A stretch of 64,000 nucleotides of DNA from Eledone cirrhosa (taxonomy: Eukaryota). This document shows, in pieces, positions 38,174 to 51,178 of this stretch; position 1 is the stretch's first letter; each line of letters starts with the position of its first letter. The position numbers were made by a program, and so were the translations under genes. The stretch spans positions 36,270,001 through 36,334,000 of the forward strand of contig OZ024741.1 in assembly GCA_964016885.1 (NCBI GenBank), in the 5' to 3' direction. Under the pieces are notes generated by a model. The model was not told where the DNA came from, made no database searches, and saw nothing but the letters and a program-made list of their open reading frames with translations.

Positions 38174-40517
38174 TTAATTAGGTTTATAATATTTAAATGT
38201 TTTTTTTAGTTTATGATTACACGATATAATTAATTCCTGTCGTTTATTTAATAAGATATCCTTAGACTTCATTATTTCAAATAGTTCTTGGGAACATAAT
38301 CTACATTCCTTTCTATTATTTTGATAAGGGGTGGCTCTTTTGAGCACACTCCAGGTCAAATCATATTTTATATTCTTATTTTTATAACTATTGATTTTTT
38401 CTGCTAGAGATGTTGTATTAGCCAGTGCGGCATTTTTAAAACTATGCTTGTGGGTATTAACCTTGTCTTAAAATTGTTAGAGGTAGCTCCTATATATGAG
38501 CAAATAGAATCTTTAGTTTTAACATTACATTTATAGACTATGTTGTTAACAAGACAATTCCCTTTTAATGGGCAGTTTGTTTTGTTTCTACAGTTACATC
38601 CTTTCGTTAATTCTGTATTTGAGGAGATATTATTGTTAATTTGATGTACTGGTGGTATACTTATGGTTTTCTTACATTTATATGCATTATATGCACTTAT
38701 ATTTTGTTTTATGTTATTTGTTGTAGAGTATGAGAATTTAACTGTAGACCTATTTAAGATTTGATGGTATTTGTGGTTTGGCGGGAAGTTTTTCTCAAGG
38801 ATATAAAAAAATTTTTTAGCAATATTATCCTTAACTTGTAAATTAAAAGGAGCATTATACCAAGTAACTCGTCTATTACGGTTTCTATGTTGTTTATTAT
38901 TTTTATTATTTTTATAGGTTGTATCATGATTTTTACTAGGAGGATTAATGTTAATGATCTCACCACAACTATTTTTAGTTATATTTGTAGATTTAGGTGT
39001 TTTATCTTTTTTATTAGGAGTTTTATTATTAATATTTATTATAGTTGTATGATGAGTAGTTTTTTGAGGGTTACTATACTTTATATTAGAAGATTTAGTA
39101 TTTTGGGGTATATTGTGGGTGGCATTTAGGTGTGTACTTTTCATTTGGTGTTTGTTGGTAATATTATGCTGTATGCTTTCAGTATTTTTAGTAGAAGGTA
39201 TATACTCTAATCTATTTTTGTGGCCACTTCTATCTAGAGCTTCATTATAAAAGGTCGCATTTTTATCAAATACATCTTGGTTAGAAGAAAGGTTAGAAAT
39301 TCTAAGTGATATATTATATGCAAGGTTTTTAAGGATAGATTTAGGGTGATTAGATTGTGAGTGTATGTAATGTAAGTTTTGGTTAGGTTTATGGTAAGGT
39401 TGGTATATACCCGTAGCTAAATCTAAAGTTATATCTAGGAAATTTACTACTTTACTTGTTTTTTCAAAAGTAATATTAAGATTATAATAGTCTTTAAGGA
39501 AAGTTCTAATATGTTTTTTGTTTTTTTCGATTTCTGAAAGGCTAAGGTTGTTAGAAAGAAGAAGACAGTCATCACGATATAAACCACCTTTGAGGTGGGG
39601 AAAAGAGGCATTTATGTTGAAAAGGAGAAAGAGGCCCACAAGATCAGTAATTTGGGCGGAATCGCTTGAACCCATAGTAATATCAAAAAGATTACTGTAT
39701 GTGTTTCTGGTCCAGTATTCACTCTGAAATTCAATAAGTGTTAGTCTAGCATGTGTAATAATGTTAATGTCATCCGAAGTTAAATTAGATCTATTTTTAG
39801 CAAATATTAATGCTTTGTTCAGGAGTATAGGTGATATAGAAGAATAGTAATTATCTATATCAAATTGTAGGAAAGAAGCAGAAGATTTACACCTAATATT
39901 TTTAAACCAGTTAATTACCTGGGAGGTGTTTTCCCAGAGTGGTAAAATAACGTGTTTTCTTATTTGTGGGATGACTCTATCTAAAATTTTTTTGCTAATT
40001 ATTCCAATATCTGATTTGGAGGGACATATAAGTCTAATAGAAGGATTAGAGTTAAAGTTAGATTTGTGATCTTTCAGGTTGAAGTGTGGTCTTTTCAATG
40101 CAAAAGGTTCAGTTCTATCTTCAATGTTTAGTTTTTTTACTATGTTGTGTGTTTTGTTGTTGATGTTGGTGAGTGACACATTATTAGATTTTTTATAATT
40201 TTTTCTGAGTTCTTTATATATGAACTCATTATAATGTTCAATATCCATATGATACAAGTTACCAGTTTTGTCCGAGTGGACATGGATTTTTTTAGACTTT
40301 TTTAGGTCCAATGGGGTAGAATCAAGGTCCTTTTGAAAGACGGATTTATACTTTTTAAATTTGAGGTGTTTAATTAAATTAAAAAGGTCTTTCTCGAAGT
40401 CTTCAAGTAAAAAGTTGTGTGGTGGATTCTTGTAAGTATTGAAATCATACATATATTTCCGATCTGCTTGTTTAGATTTCCTATCGAAGTGGTAGGCTCT
40501 CCATCTAACCCTTCTGA
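38174..40517 (-). pseudogene. PLE ORF of L3, missing its N-terminus and carrying the same 1-bp deletion as L2
   Basis: Track ORFs 38404..40452 and 38174..38359; deletion at ~38459. Confidence 0.88.
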
Positions 40518-42418
40518 AAGATCACAAATCTAACTTTAACTCTAATCCTTCTATTAGACTTATATGTCCCTCCAAATCAGATATTGGAATAATTAGCAAA
40601 AAAATTTTAGATAGAGTCATCCCACAAATAAGAAAACACGTTATTTTACCACTCTGGGAAAACACCTCCCAGGTAATTAACTGGTTTAAAAATATTAGGT
40701 GTAAATCTTCTGCTTCTTTCCTACAATTTGATATAGATAATTACTATTCTTCTATATCACCTATACTCCTGAACAAAGCATTAATATTTGCTAAAAATAG
40801 ATCTAATTTAACTTCGGATGACATTAACATTATTACACATGCTAGACTAACACTTATTGAATTTCAGAGTGAATACTGGACCAGAAACACATACAGTAAT
40901 CTTTTTGATATTACTATGGGTTCAAGCGATTCCGCCCAAATTACTGATCTTGTGGGCCTCTTTCTCCTTTTCAACATAAATGCCTCTTTTCCCCACCTCA
41001 AAGGTGGTTTATATCGTGATGACTGTCTTCTTCTTTCTAACAACCTTAGCCTTTCAGAAATCGAAAAAAACAAAAAACATATTAGAACTTTCCTTAAAGA
41101 CTATTATAATCTTAATATTACTTTTGAAAAAACAAGTAAAGTAGTAAATTTCCTAGATATAACTTTAGATTTAGCTACGGGTATATACCAACCTTACCAT
41201 AAACCTAACCAAAACTTACATTACATACACTCACAATCTAATCACCCTAAATCTATCCTTAAAAACCTTGCATATAATATATCACTTAGAATTTCTAACC
41301 TTTCTTCTAACCAAGATGTATTTGATAAAAATGCGACCTTTTATAATGAAGCTCTAGATAGAAGTGGCCACAAAAATAGATTAGAGTATATACCTTCTAC
41401 TAAAAATACTGAAAGCATACAGCATAATATTACCAACAAACACCAAATGAAAAGTACACACCTAAATGCCACCCACAATATACCCCAAAATACTAAATCT
41501 TCTAATATAAAGTATAGTAACCCTCAAAAAACTACTCATCATACAACTATAATAAATATTAATAATAAAACTCCTAATAAAAAAGATAAAACACCTAAAT
41601 CTACAAATATAACTAAAAATAGTTGTGGTGAGATCATTAACATTAATCCTCCTAGTAAAAATCATGATACAACCTATAAAAATAATAAAAATAATAAACA
41701 ACATAGAAACCGTAATAGACGAGTTACTTGGTATAATGCTCCTTTTAATTTACAAGTTAAGGATAATATTGCTAAAAAATTTTTTTATATCCTTGAGAAA
41801 AACTTCCCGCCAAACCACAAATACCATCAAATCTTAAATAGGTCTACAGTTAAATTCTCATACTCTACAACAAATAACATAAAACAAAATATAAGTGCAT
41901 ATAATGCATATAAATGTAAGAAAACCATAAGTATACCACCAGTACATCAAATTAACAATAATATCTCCTCAAATACAGAATTAACGAAAGGATGTAACTG
42001 TAGAAACAAAACAAACTGCCCATTAAAAGGGAATTGTCTTGTTAACAACATAGTCTATAAATGTAATGTTAAAACTAAAGATTCTATTTGCTCATATATA
42101 GGAGCTACCTCTAACAATTTTAAGACAAGGTTTAATACCCACAAGCATAGTTTTAAAAATGCCGCACTGGCTAATACAACATCTCTAGCAGAAAAAATCA
42201 ATAGTTATAAAAATAAGAATATAAAATATGATTTGACCTGGAGTGTGCTCAAAAGAGCCACCCCTTATCAAAATAATAGAAAGGAATGTAGATTATGTTC
42301 CCAAGAACTATTTGAAATAATGAAGTCTAAGGATATCTTATTAAATAAACGACAGGAATTAATTATATCGTGTAATCATAAACTAAAAAAAACATTTAAA
42401 TATTATAAACCTAATTAA
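40514..42418 (+). pseudogene. 5'-truncated PLE ORF of R1 (frame otherwise open)
   Basis: Reads LKDHKSNF... through YYKPN*; lacks the first ~180 codons. Confidence 0.88.
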
Positions 42419-42959
42419 TAACATTATTCTAGAAATTAATTTAATTTAAATGTTAGTTAACCTATAAATTTAATTTAATTAATATTTTATTACAGATGAG
42501 AAAATATTATGTAATCATAAATTGTGAAAAACCTTTAAATATTACTAATATATACTTAGTAATTTAATTTATAGATTAATTTTAATTTATTTAAACCTTT
42601 TATTATAATTCTTTTACAGATAAAATATAGCAAAATAATATCATGTTTCCAATGACGGAGAAATAATTTTTAGTATTATAGACATAATTAATATACATTT
42701 TGGAAATATATTTATTATTTGATTTTAGTTTTAATCAACCTAAAAATTTTAATTTTAATTTGCTTAAAATTAGTATCCTTATACAGACGAATTGCAGAAT
42801 GTCATGTAATCATAGAATGGGATGTGTTTTGGATATATACCTAGTTAATATATTCTGTGCAATTTTTTGAAAAAGATATGTATATGTATATGTGTATGTA
42901 TATGTGTGTGTTGTGTATGTGTATCTGTATGTATGTATATATGTGTATATATGTATATG

Positions 42960-42994
<35 letters not shown>

Positions 42995-44149
42995 ATATAT
43001 GTATGTATATGTGTATGTGTATGTATATGTATATGTATGCGTATTAATTTTGATTTCTATTTGCATATAATTATATTATGCTATTGATGAAATACAATAT
43101 CTGCTTTATGTTATGTATTGTATACCTAATTAACATATACTAATTAACGTATACTATTGAAATAAATATATAATTTTTAATTTAGTTAACATATAATTTA
43201 TATGCTACTACCGATGTAATACTTTATTTTATTTTTATTTGGGTTTCTTTTCCCTATTACTAAATTCATCTCCTAATATTGATACCATAACGTTATTAAC
43301 TTTAATTTAGTTATACTGTAATTAATAATCTACTACTGTTTGACTTCAAAATTCTGCTTCAAATATTATAAACCTAACTAATTTACACCTTAGAAATCAA
43401 TATGTTGACTATCTTTGGTTTAGTTAACATATGATTAATGGTATACTTATTTATTTTGAGATGCATAGATTTCGTATTTCCTAGCACTGAAAATATGTAA
43501 GAACATACATTGAATTAAGATACGGAAAATATTATATGTTTCTTGAAACATATATTTACTTTGATCCCCTTCTCCAAACCCCCCCTTTCCCCCATACTAT
43601 TATCATCTGTATTTGTAAGCGTCTATGTATGAATATATATGTAGGTAGGTGTCTATATAGGTTTGGGTATTTATATCTAAATATAAAAATACATATATGA
43701 GCATGCAAATATGAATGTAAGATTGTGTGTGTATATATGATTGTACATACATATGTATGTATATATATGTATATATATGCATTATATATGTGTGTGTATG
43801 TGAATGTGTTGTATGTATATGTGTATGTATGTGTATATATGTGTATGTATGTGTATGCTTGTATATATATGAATATATATATGTGTATATATGTATGTAT
43901 ATGTATATGCGTGTATGTATGTATGTGTATGTGTGTTGTGTATATATATATATGTCTCTCTATTTATATGTTTATCTTCGTATCTATGTGATATATGTGT
44001 GTGTGTGTGCACGTATGCATATGTATGTGTTTGTGTGTGTTTGTATGTGTGTGTGTATGTATGTGTATGTGCGCACACACACATACACATATATATATAT
44101 ATATATGTGAGTGTGTATGTGTGTCTGTGTGTGTGTGTGTGTGTGTATG

Positions 44150-44187
<38 letters not shown>

Positions 44188-44196
44188 TATATATGG

Positions 44197-44229
<33 letters not shown>

Positions 44230-44317
44230 GGTGTCTATGTGTGAATATATGTCTTTATTCGTATGTGTGTATTTATGTATGTATATATTTATGTGTATGT
44301 ATGTATGTGTATGTATG

Positions 44318-44354
<37 letters not shown>

Positions 44355-44515
44355 GTATATATATATATGTATATTATTCTTTATTATTATAATATAACTT
44401 ATGTGTATATGTGTATAAGTGAGGTTGTGTATGTATATATAATATGTGTATATATAAGAGTAATAAAATATATATATATATATATATATGTGCATGTCTG
44501 TTTTTTATGTGTGTG

Positions 44516-44546
<31 letters not shown>

Positions 44547-44648
44547 GTATATATATGTACGTGTGTGTATATGGATATATATATATATATATATACATGT
44601 GGGTGTTTGTATGTTTTTTTATGGTGGTATGTGTGTGTGGATATATAT

Positions 44649-44697
<49 letters not shown>

Positions 44698-44703
44698 AGT
44701 CAA

Positions 44704-44754
<51 letters not shown>

Positions 44755-45091
44755 ATATATGTGTGTGTATGTATATATATATGTGTATGTATGTGTGTAT
44801 ATATATGTATATCTCTATTAATGCGTGTGTGTATGTATATACATATGCCTTTTTATTATTATTTTTTATTATTATCTTTATTTGTATGTCTGAGTTTGGT
44901 GATGTTGTATTGTTTTTTATGTATATACACATTTATGGAAGCGTATGTATTTATATATATGAGTATAAGTAGGTGCATATGTATGTATGATTATATATCT
45001 AATTCTATGTATGAAGGTACATCTATATATATATATATATATGTGCGTGTGTATGTAAGTTGTGTGTGTATGTATCTATATGTCTATGTGA

Positions 45092-45139
<48 letters not shown>

Positions 45140-45234
45140 CGATGTGCGTATATGTATGTACATGTATGTACATGTATGTGTGTATGTATGTGTATGTATA
45201 TTTAGATGTATGTGTATGTATATGTATATATATG

Positions 45235-45279
<45 letters not shown>

Positions 45280-46103
45280 ATATATGTATATATGGATATA
45301 TATCTTTATTATCTATTTTTTTTATATATATGTGTATGTGTGTATGTGTTGCGCGTGTGTGTGTGTGTATATATATATCTTTTTATATGTGTATGTGTTT
45401 GTTCGTGTAAGTGTATGTGTGTGTATGACTGTATATGTATGTGTGTATGTGTGTATGCGTAAATATCTCTATGTGTGCGTACATGTATGTATGTGTGTTT
45501 ATATATCTGTATGTGTATATATATTATATTATAGTTATTATATTTTATTGTTTTATTTTTTTATTTTTCTTAATTTATAGATACATTTATATTAGGCAGT
45601 CTGCTCAGACAATTGAATACTGACCCTTCCCCCCCCTCCCACCTAATTTCTGTATCTTGATCTTGAAATGTGTGTGCCAGTGTTTTATGTGAGTGATTTA
45701 ATTTCTATGTGCTTATGATTTTATATCCACATATATAAATGTGAGTGGGGGAGTGTGTGTGTTTGTATGTTCGTGGTTATGTGTATATTTATGCATATAC
45801 GCGCATGTATGTGTGATTATACTGATATGTGTGAGTATGAAAAAATATATTTATATGCTTGACTCCATAAGTATCAATGCGCATCTTATCAGCGCATTAA
45901 GCTTACAGAGATATTAACCTTGAAATTTTGTGTTTGCATCCATCTTCTTAGTATGCGTATACAAATTATACACACATTTTTGTAAAATATGTGTAAGGAT
46001 TTTACATGTATATACACACACCGAACTGCTTTTAACCCTTTGTGTTTTCATTGGTCAATTTTGAACTGATATTTTGAATTGTTGTTATTATCAATAAATA
46101 TAC

Positions 46104-46258
46104 TTCATTATTTCTGAAGACGGCGTATATATGTGTTAGGTATGTATATTTAATCTTGATAATTTGTATAATTTTGTATAATTTTGTACATAGATCTGTT
46201 GAATATGCATACCAATTATAACACATATATACCCTAGAAACGATCGTTAAATAATGAA
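46104..46258 (+). ncRNA. Hammerhead ribozyme (subfamily B)
   Basis: Stem I ttcattattt/aaataatgaa; CTGAAGA 46114-46120; stem II gtatatatgtgtta/taacacatatatac plus inner ggtatgtatatt/aatatgcatacc; GAAA 46237-46240; palindrome aacgatcgtt; GTT triplet 46246-46248. Confidence 0.88.
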
Positions 46259-46602
46259 CTTTTTTTGTTTAATATAAGGAAATGTTTTATTCATTATTTG
46301 TTTAATATTTTATCTTGACTCTGTATACCGTTTATCTTTCACCGAAAGTGGATTTTCATTACATCTCTTCTTTCCATGATATCCGGAATACATTGAGTTC
46401 TTCATACGGATTGGACACTACCGTAAACTCTTGGTAGATTTATCTACATAATTTTGCTCCTATTTTCACGGAAATATTCGTATTTTTGTACTGTATGTGT
46501 GTATTAATTTTATATTTATGTATAAACATATATATATGTATGATTTTGTAAACCCATATACATTTAGTTGAGCTCTTTCAATTGTCCATCATCCATATCA
46601 CA

Positions 46603-49044
46603 ATGGAAAAACAATATTTAGGAACCTCCTTAAAAAACATACCAATACCTTCTAAGGACGACTTCTTACTCCTTATGATTCAGAAAACTAATAATTTTAT
46701 CAGAAGGGTTAGATGGAGAGCCTACCACTTCGATAGGAAATCTAAACAAGCAGATCGGAAATATATGTATGATTTCAATACTTACAAGAATCCACCACAC
46801 AACTTTTTACTTGAAGACTTCGAGAAAGACCTTTTTAATTTAATTAAACACCTCAAATTTAAAAAGTATAAATCCGTCTTTCAAAAGGACCTTGATTCTA
46901 CCCTATTGGACCTAAAAAAGTCTAAAAAAATCCATGTCCACTCGGACAAAACTGGTAACTTGTATCATATGGATATTGAACATTATAATGAGTTCATATA
47001 TAAAGAACTCAGAAAAAATTATAAAAAATCTAATAATGTGTCACTCACCAACATCAACAACAAAACACACAACATAGTAAAAAAACTAAACATTGAAGAT
47101 AGAACTGAACCTTTGGCATTGAAAAGACCACACTTCAACCTGAAAGATCACAAATCTAACTTTAACTCTAATCCTTCTATTAGACTTATATGTCCCTCCA
47201 AATCAGATATTGGAATAATTAGCAAAAAAATTTTAGATAGAGTCATCCCACAAATAAGAAAACACGTTATTTTACCACTCTGGGAAAACACCTCCCAGGT
47301 AATTAACTGGTTTAAAAATATTAGGTGTAAATCTTCTGCTTCTTTCCTACAATTTGATATAGATAATTACTATTCTTCTATATCACCTATACTCCTGAAC
47401 AAAGCATTAATATTTGCTAAAAATAGATCTAATTTAACTTCGGATGACATTAACATTATTACACATGCTAGACTAACACTTATTGAATTTCAGAGTGAAT
47501 ACTGGACCAGAAACACATACAGTAATCTTTTTGATATTACTATGGGTTCAAGCGATTCCGCCCAAATTACTGATCTTGTGGGCCTCTTTCTCCTTTTCAA
47601 CATAAATGCCTCTTTTCCCCACCTCAAAGGTGGTTTATATCGTGATGACTGTCTTCTTCTTTCTAACAACCTTAGCCTTTCAGAAATCGAAAAAAACAAA
47701 AAACATATTAGAACTTTCCTTAAAGACTATTATAATCTTAATATTACTTTTGAAAAAACAAGTAAAGTAGTAAATTTCCTAGATATAACTTTAGATTTAG
47801 CTACGGGTATATACCAACCTTACCATAAACCTAACCAAAACTTACATTACATACACTCACAATCTAATCACCCTAAATCTATCCTTAAAAACCTTGCATA
47901 TAATATATCACTTAGAATTTCTAACCTTTCTTCTAACCAAGATGTATTTGATAAAAATGCGACCTTTTATAATGAAGCTCTAAATAGAAGTGGCCACAAA
48001 AATAGATTAGAGTATATACCTTCTACTAAAAATACTGAAAGCATACAGCATAATATTACCAACAAACACCAAATGAAAAGTACACACCTAAATGCCACCC
48101 ACAATATACCCCAAAATACTAAATCTTCTAATATAAAGTATAGTAACCCTCAAAAAACTACTCATCATACAACTATAATAAATATTAATAATAAAACTCC
48201 TAATAAAAAAGATAAAACACCTAAATCTACAAATATAACTAAAAATAGTTGTGGTGAGATCATTAACATTAATCCTCCTAGTAAAAATCATGATACAACC
48301 TATAAAAATAATAAAAATAATAAACAACATAGAAACCGTAATAGACGAGTTACTTGGTATAATGCTCCTTTTAATTTACAAGTTAAGGATAATATTGCTA
48401 AAAAATTTTTTTATATCCTTGAGAAAAACTTCCCGCCAAACCACAAATACCATCAAATCTTAAATAGGTCTACAGTTAAATTCTCATACTCTACAACAAA
48501 TAACATAAAACAAAATATAAGTGCATATAATGCATATAAATGTAAGAAAACCATAAGTATACCACCAGTACATCAAATTAACAATAATATCTCCTCAAAT
48601 ACAGAATTAACGAAAGGATGTAACTGTAGAAACAAAACAAACTGCCCATTAAAAGGGAATTGTCTTGTTAACAACATAGTCTATAAATGTAATGTTAAAA
48701 CTAAAGATTCTATTTGCTCATATATAGGAGCTACCTCTAACAATTTTAAGACAAGGTTTAATACCCACAAGCATAGTTTTAAAAATGCCGCACTGGCTAA
48801 TACAACATCTCTAGCAGAAAAAATCAATAGTTATAAAAATAAGAATATAAAATATGATTTGACCTGGAGTGTGCTCAAAAGAGCCACCCCTTATCAAAAT
48901 AATAGAAAGGAATGTAGATTATGTTCCCAAGAACTATTTGAAATAATGAAGTCTAAGGATATCTTATTAAATAAACGACAGGAATTAATTATATCGTGTA
49001 ATCATAAACTAAAAAAAACATTTAAATATTATAAACCTAATTAA
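46603..49044 (+). CDS. Penelope-like (Naiad-type) RT / GIY-YIG endonuclease, 813 aa, intact
   Basis: RT motifs (YRDD), CNCRNKTNCPLKGNC knuckle, NIVY...YIG, CRLC, SCNH; ATG at 46603. Confidence 0.95.
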   Translation: MEKQYLGTSLKNIPIPSKDDFLLLMIQKTNNFIRRVRWRAYHFDRKSKQADRKYMYDFNTYKNPPHNFLLEDFEKDLFNLIKHLKFKKYKSVFQKDLDSTLLDLKKSKKIHVHSDKTGNLYHMDIEHYNEFIYKELRKNYKKSNNVSLTNINNKTHNIVKKLNIEDRTEPLALKRPHFNLKDHKSNFNSNPSIRLICPSKSDIGIISKKILDRVIPQIRKHVILPLWENTSQVINWFKNIRCKSSASFLQFDIDNYYSSISPILLNKALIFAKNRSNLTSDDINIITHARLTLIEFQSEYWTRNTYSNLFDITMGSSDSAQITDLVGLFLLFNINASFPHLKGGLYRDDCLLLSNNLSLSEIEKNKKHIRTFLKDYYNLNITFEKTSKVVNFLDITLDLATGIYQPYHKPNQNLHYIHSQSNHPKSILKNLAYNISLRISNLSSNQDVFDKNATFYNEALNRSGHKNRLEYIPSTKNTESIQHNITNKHQMKSTHLNATHNIPQNTKSSNIKYSNPQKTTHHTTIININNKTPNKKDKTPKSTNITKNSCGEIININPPSKNHDTTYKNNKNNKQHRNRNRRVTWYNAPFNLQVKDNIAKKFFYILEKNFPPNHKYHQILNRSTVKFSYSTTNNIKQNISAYNAYKCKKTISIPPVHQINNNISSNTELTKGCNCRNKTNCPLKGNCLVNNIVYKCNVKTKDSICSYIGATSNNFKTRFNTHKHSFKNAALANTTSLAEKINSYKNKNIKYDLTWSVLKRATPYQNNRKECRLCSQELFEIMKSKDILLNKRQELIISCNHKLKKTFKYYKPN

Positions 49045-49585
49045 TAACATTATTCTAGAAATTAATTTAATTTAAATGTTAGTTAACCTATAAATTTAAT
49101 TTAATTAATATTTTATTACAGATGAGAAAATATTATGTAATCATAAATTGTGAAAAACCTTTAAATATTACTAATATATACTTAGTAATTTAATTTATAG
49201 ATTAATTTTAATTTATTTAAACCTTTTATTATAATTCTTTTACAGATAAAATATAGCAAAATAATATCATGTTTCCAATGACGGAGAAATAATTTTTAGT
49301 ATTATAGACATAATTAATATACATTTTGGAAATATATTTATTATTTGATTTTAGTTTTAATCAACCTAAAAATTTTAATTTCAATTTGCTTAAAATTAGT
49401 ATCCTTATACAGACGAATTGCAGAATGTCATGTAATCATAGAATGGGATGTGTTTTGGATATATACCTAGTTAATATATTCTGTGCAATTTTTTGAAAAA
49501 GATATGTATATGTATATGTGTATGTATATGTGTGTGTTGTGTATGTGTATCTGTATGTATGTATATATGTGTATATATGTATATG

Positions 49586-49624
<39 letters not shown>

Positions 49625-50344
49625 ATATATGTATGTATATGTGTATGTGTATGTATATGTATATGTATGCGTATTAATTTTGATTTCTATTTGCATATAA
49701 TTATATTATGCTATTGATGAAATACAATATCTGCTTTATGTTATGTATTGTATACCTAATTAACATATACTAATTAACGTATACTATTGAAATAAATATA
49801 TAATTTTTAATTTAGTTAACATATAATTTATATGCTACTACCGATGTAATACTTTATTTTATTTTTATTTGGGTTTCTTTTCCCTATTACTAAATTCATC
49901 TCCTAATATTGATACCATAACGTTATTAACTTTAATTTAGTTATACTGTAATTAATAATCTACTACTGTTTGACTTCAAAATTCTGCTTCAAATATTATA
50001 AACCTAACTAATTTACACCTTAGAAATCAATATGTTGACTATCTTTGGTTTAGTTAACATATGATTAATGGTATACTTATTTATTTTGAGATGCATAGAT
50101 TTCGTATTTCCTAGCACTGAAAATATGTAAGAACATACATTGAATTAAGATACGGAAAATATTATATGTTTCTTGAAACATATATTTACTTTGATCCCCT
50201 TCTCCAAACCCCCCCTTTCCCCCATACTATTATCATCTGTATTTGTAAGCGTCTATGTATGAATATATATGTAGGTAGGTGTCTATATAGGTTTGGGTAT
50301 TTATATCTAAATATAAAAATACATATATGAGCATGCAAATATGA

Positions 50345-50779
50345 ATGTAAGATTGTGTGTGTATATATGATTGTACATACATATGTATGTATATATATGT
50401 ATATATATGCATTATATATGTGTGTGTATGTGAATGTGTTGTATGTATATGTGTATGTATGTGTATATATGTGTATGTATGTGTATGCTTGTATATATAT
50501 GAATATATATATGTGTATATATGTATGTATATGTATATGCGTGTATGTATGTATGTGTATGTGTGTTGTGTATATATATATATGTCTCTCTATTTATATG
50601 TTTATCTTCGTATCTATGTGATATATGTGTGTGTGTGTGCACGTATGCATATGTATGTGTTTGTGTGTGTTTGTATGTGTGTGTGTATGTATGTGTATGT
50701 GCGCACACACACATACACATATATATATATATATATGTGAGTGTGTATGTGTGTCTGTGTGTGTGTGTGTGTGTGTATG

Positions 50780-50817
<38 letters not shown>

Positions 50818-50826
50818 TATATATGG

Positions 50827-50859
<33 letters not shown>

Positions 50860-50947
50860 GGTGTCTATGTGTGAATATATGTCTTTATTCGTATGTGTGT
50901 ATTTATGTATGTATATATTTATGTGTATGTATGTATGTGTATGTATG

Positions 50948-50984
<37 letters not shown>

Positions 50985-51137
50985 GTATATATATATATGT
51001 ATATTATTCTTTATTATTATAATATAACTTATGTGTATATGTGTATAAGTGAGGTTGTGTATGTATATATAATATGTGTATATATAAGAGTAATAAAATA
51101 TATATATATATATATATATGTGCATGTCTGTTTTTTA

Positions 51138-51178
<41 letters not shown>

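Larger units (their letters stand above)
34125..40517 (-). mobile_element. PLE subfamily B unit L3 (5'-truncated at the palindrome centre)
   Basis: Homology to the ORF ends at ccatctaacccttctga (40517). Confidence 0.95.
40514..46447 (+). mobile_element. PLE subfamily B unit R1 (5'-truncated)
   Basis: Begins at ctgaaagatcac (LKDH) and ends at atctac (46447). Confidence 0.95.

Noticed and set aside
45876-45898. Hairpin aatgcgc-N9-gcgcatt in the subfamily B UTR
   Set aside because: Pairing is not maintained in the subfamily A copies.
46582-46602. TTG start giving an 820-aa protein
   Set aside because: Eukaryotic element; the ATG at 46603 directly precedes the conserved SLKNIPIP motif.
47490-47699. 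Recurrent antisense/overlapping small ORFs (69, 70, 80 aa; also the 64-aa ORF over the HHR)
   Set aside because: They recur only because the unit is repeated; no motifs, non-ATG starts in several, and some are not preserved in subfamily A.
46603-49044. Selenocysteine recoding, reported for some Naiad-type PLEs
   Set aside because: The ORF is open with no in-frame TGA and ends in TAA; the Cys positions use normal codons.
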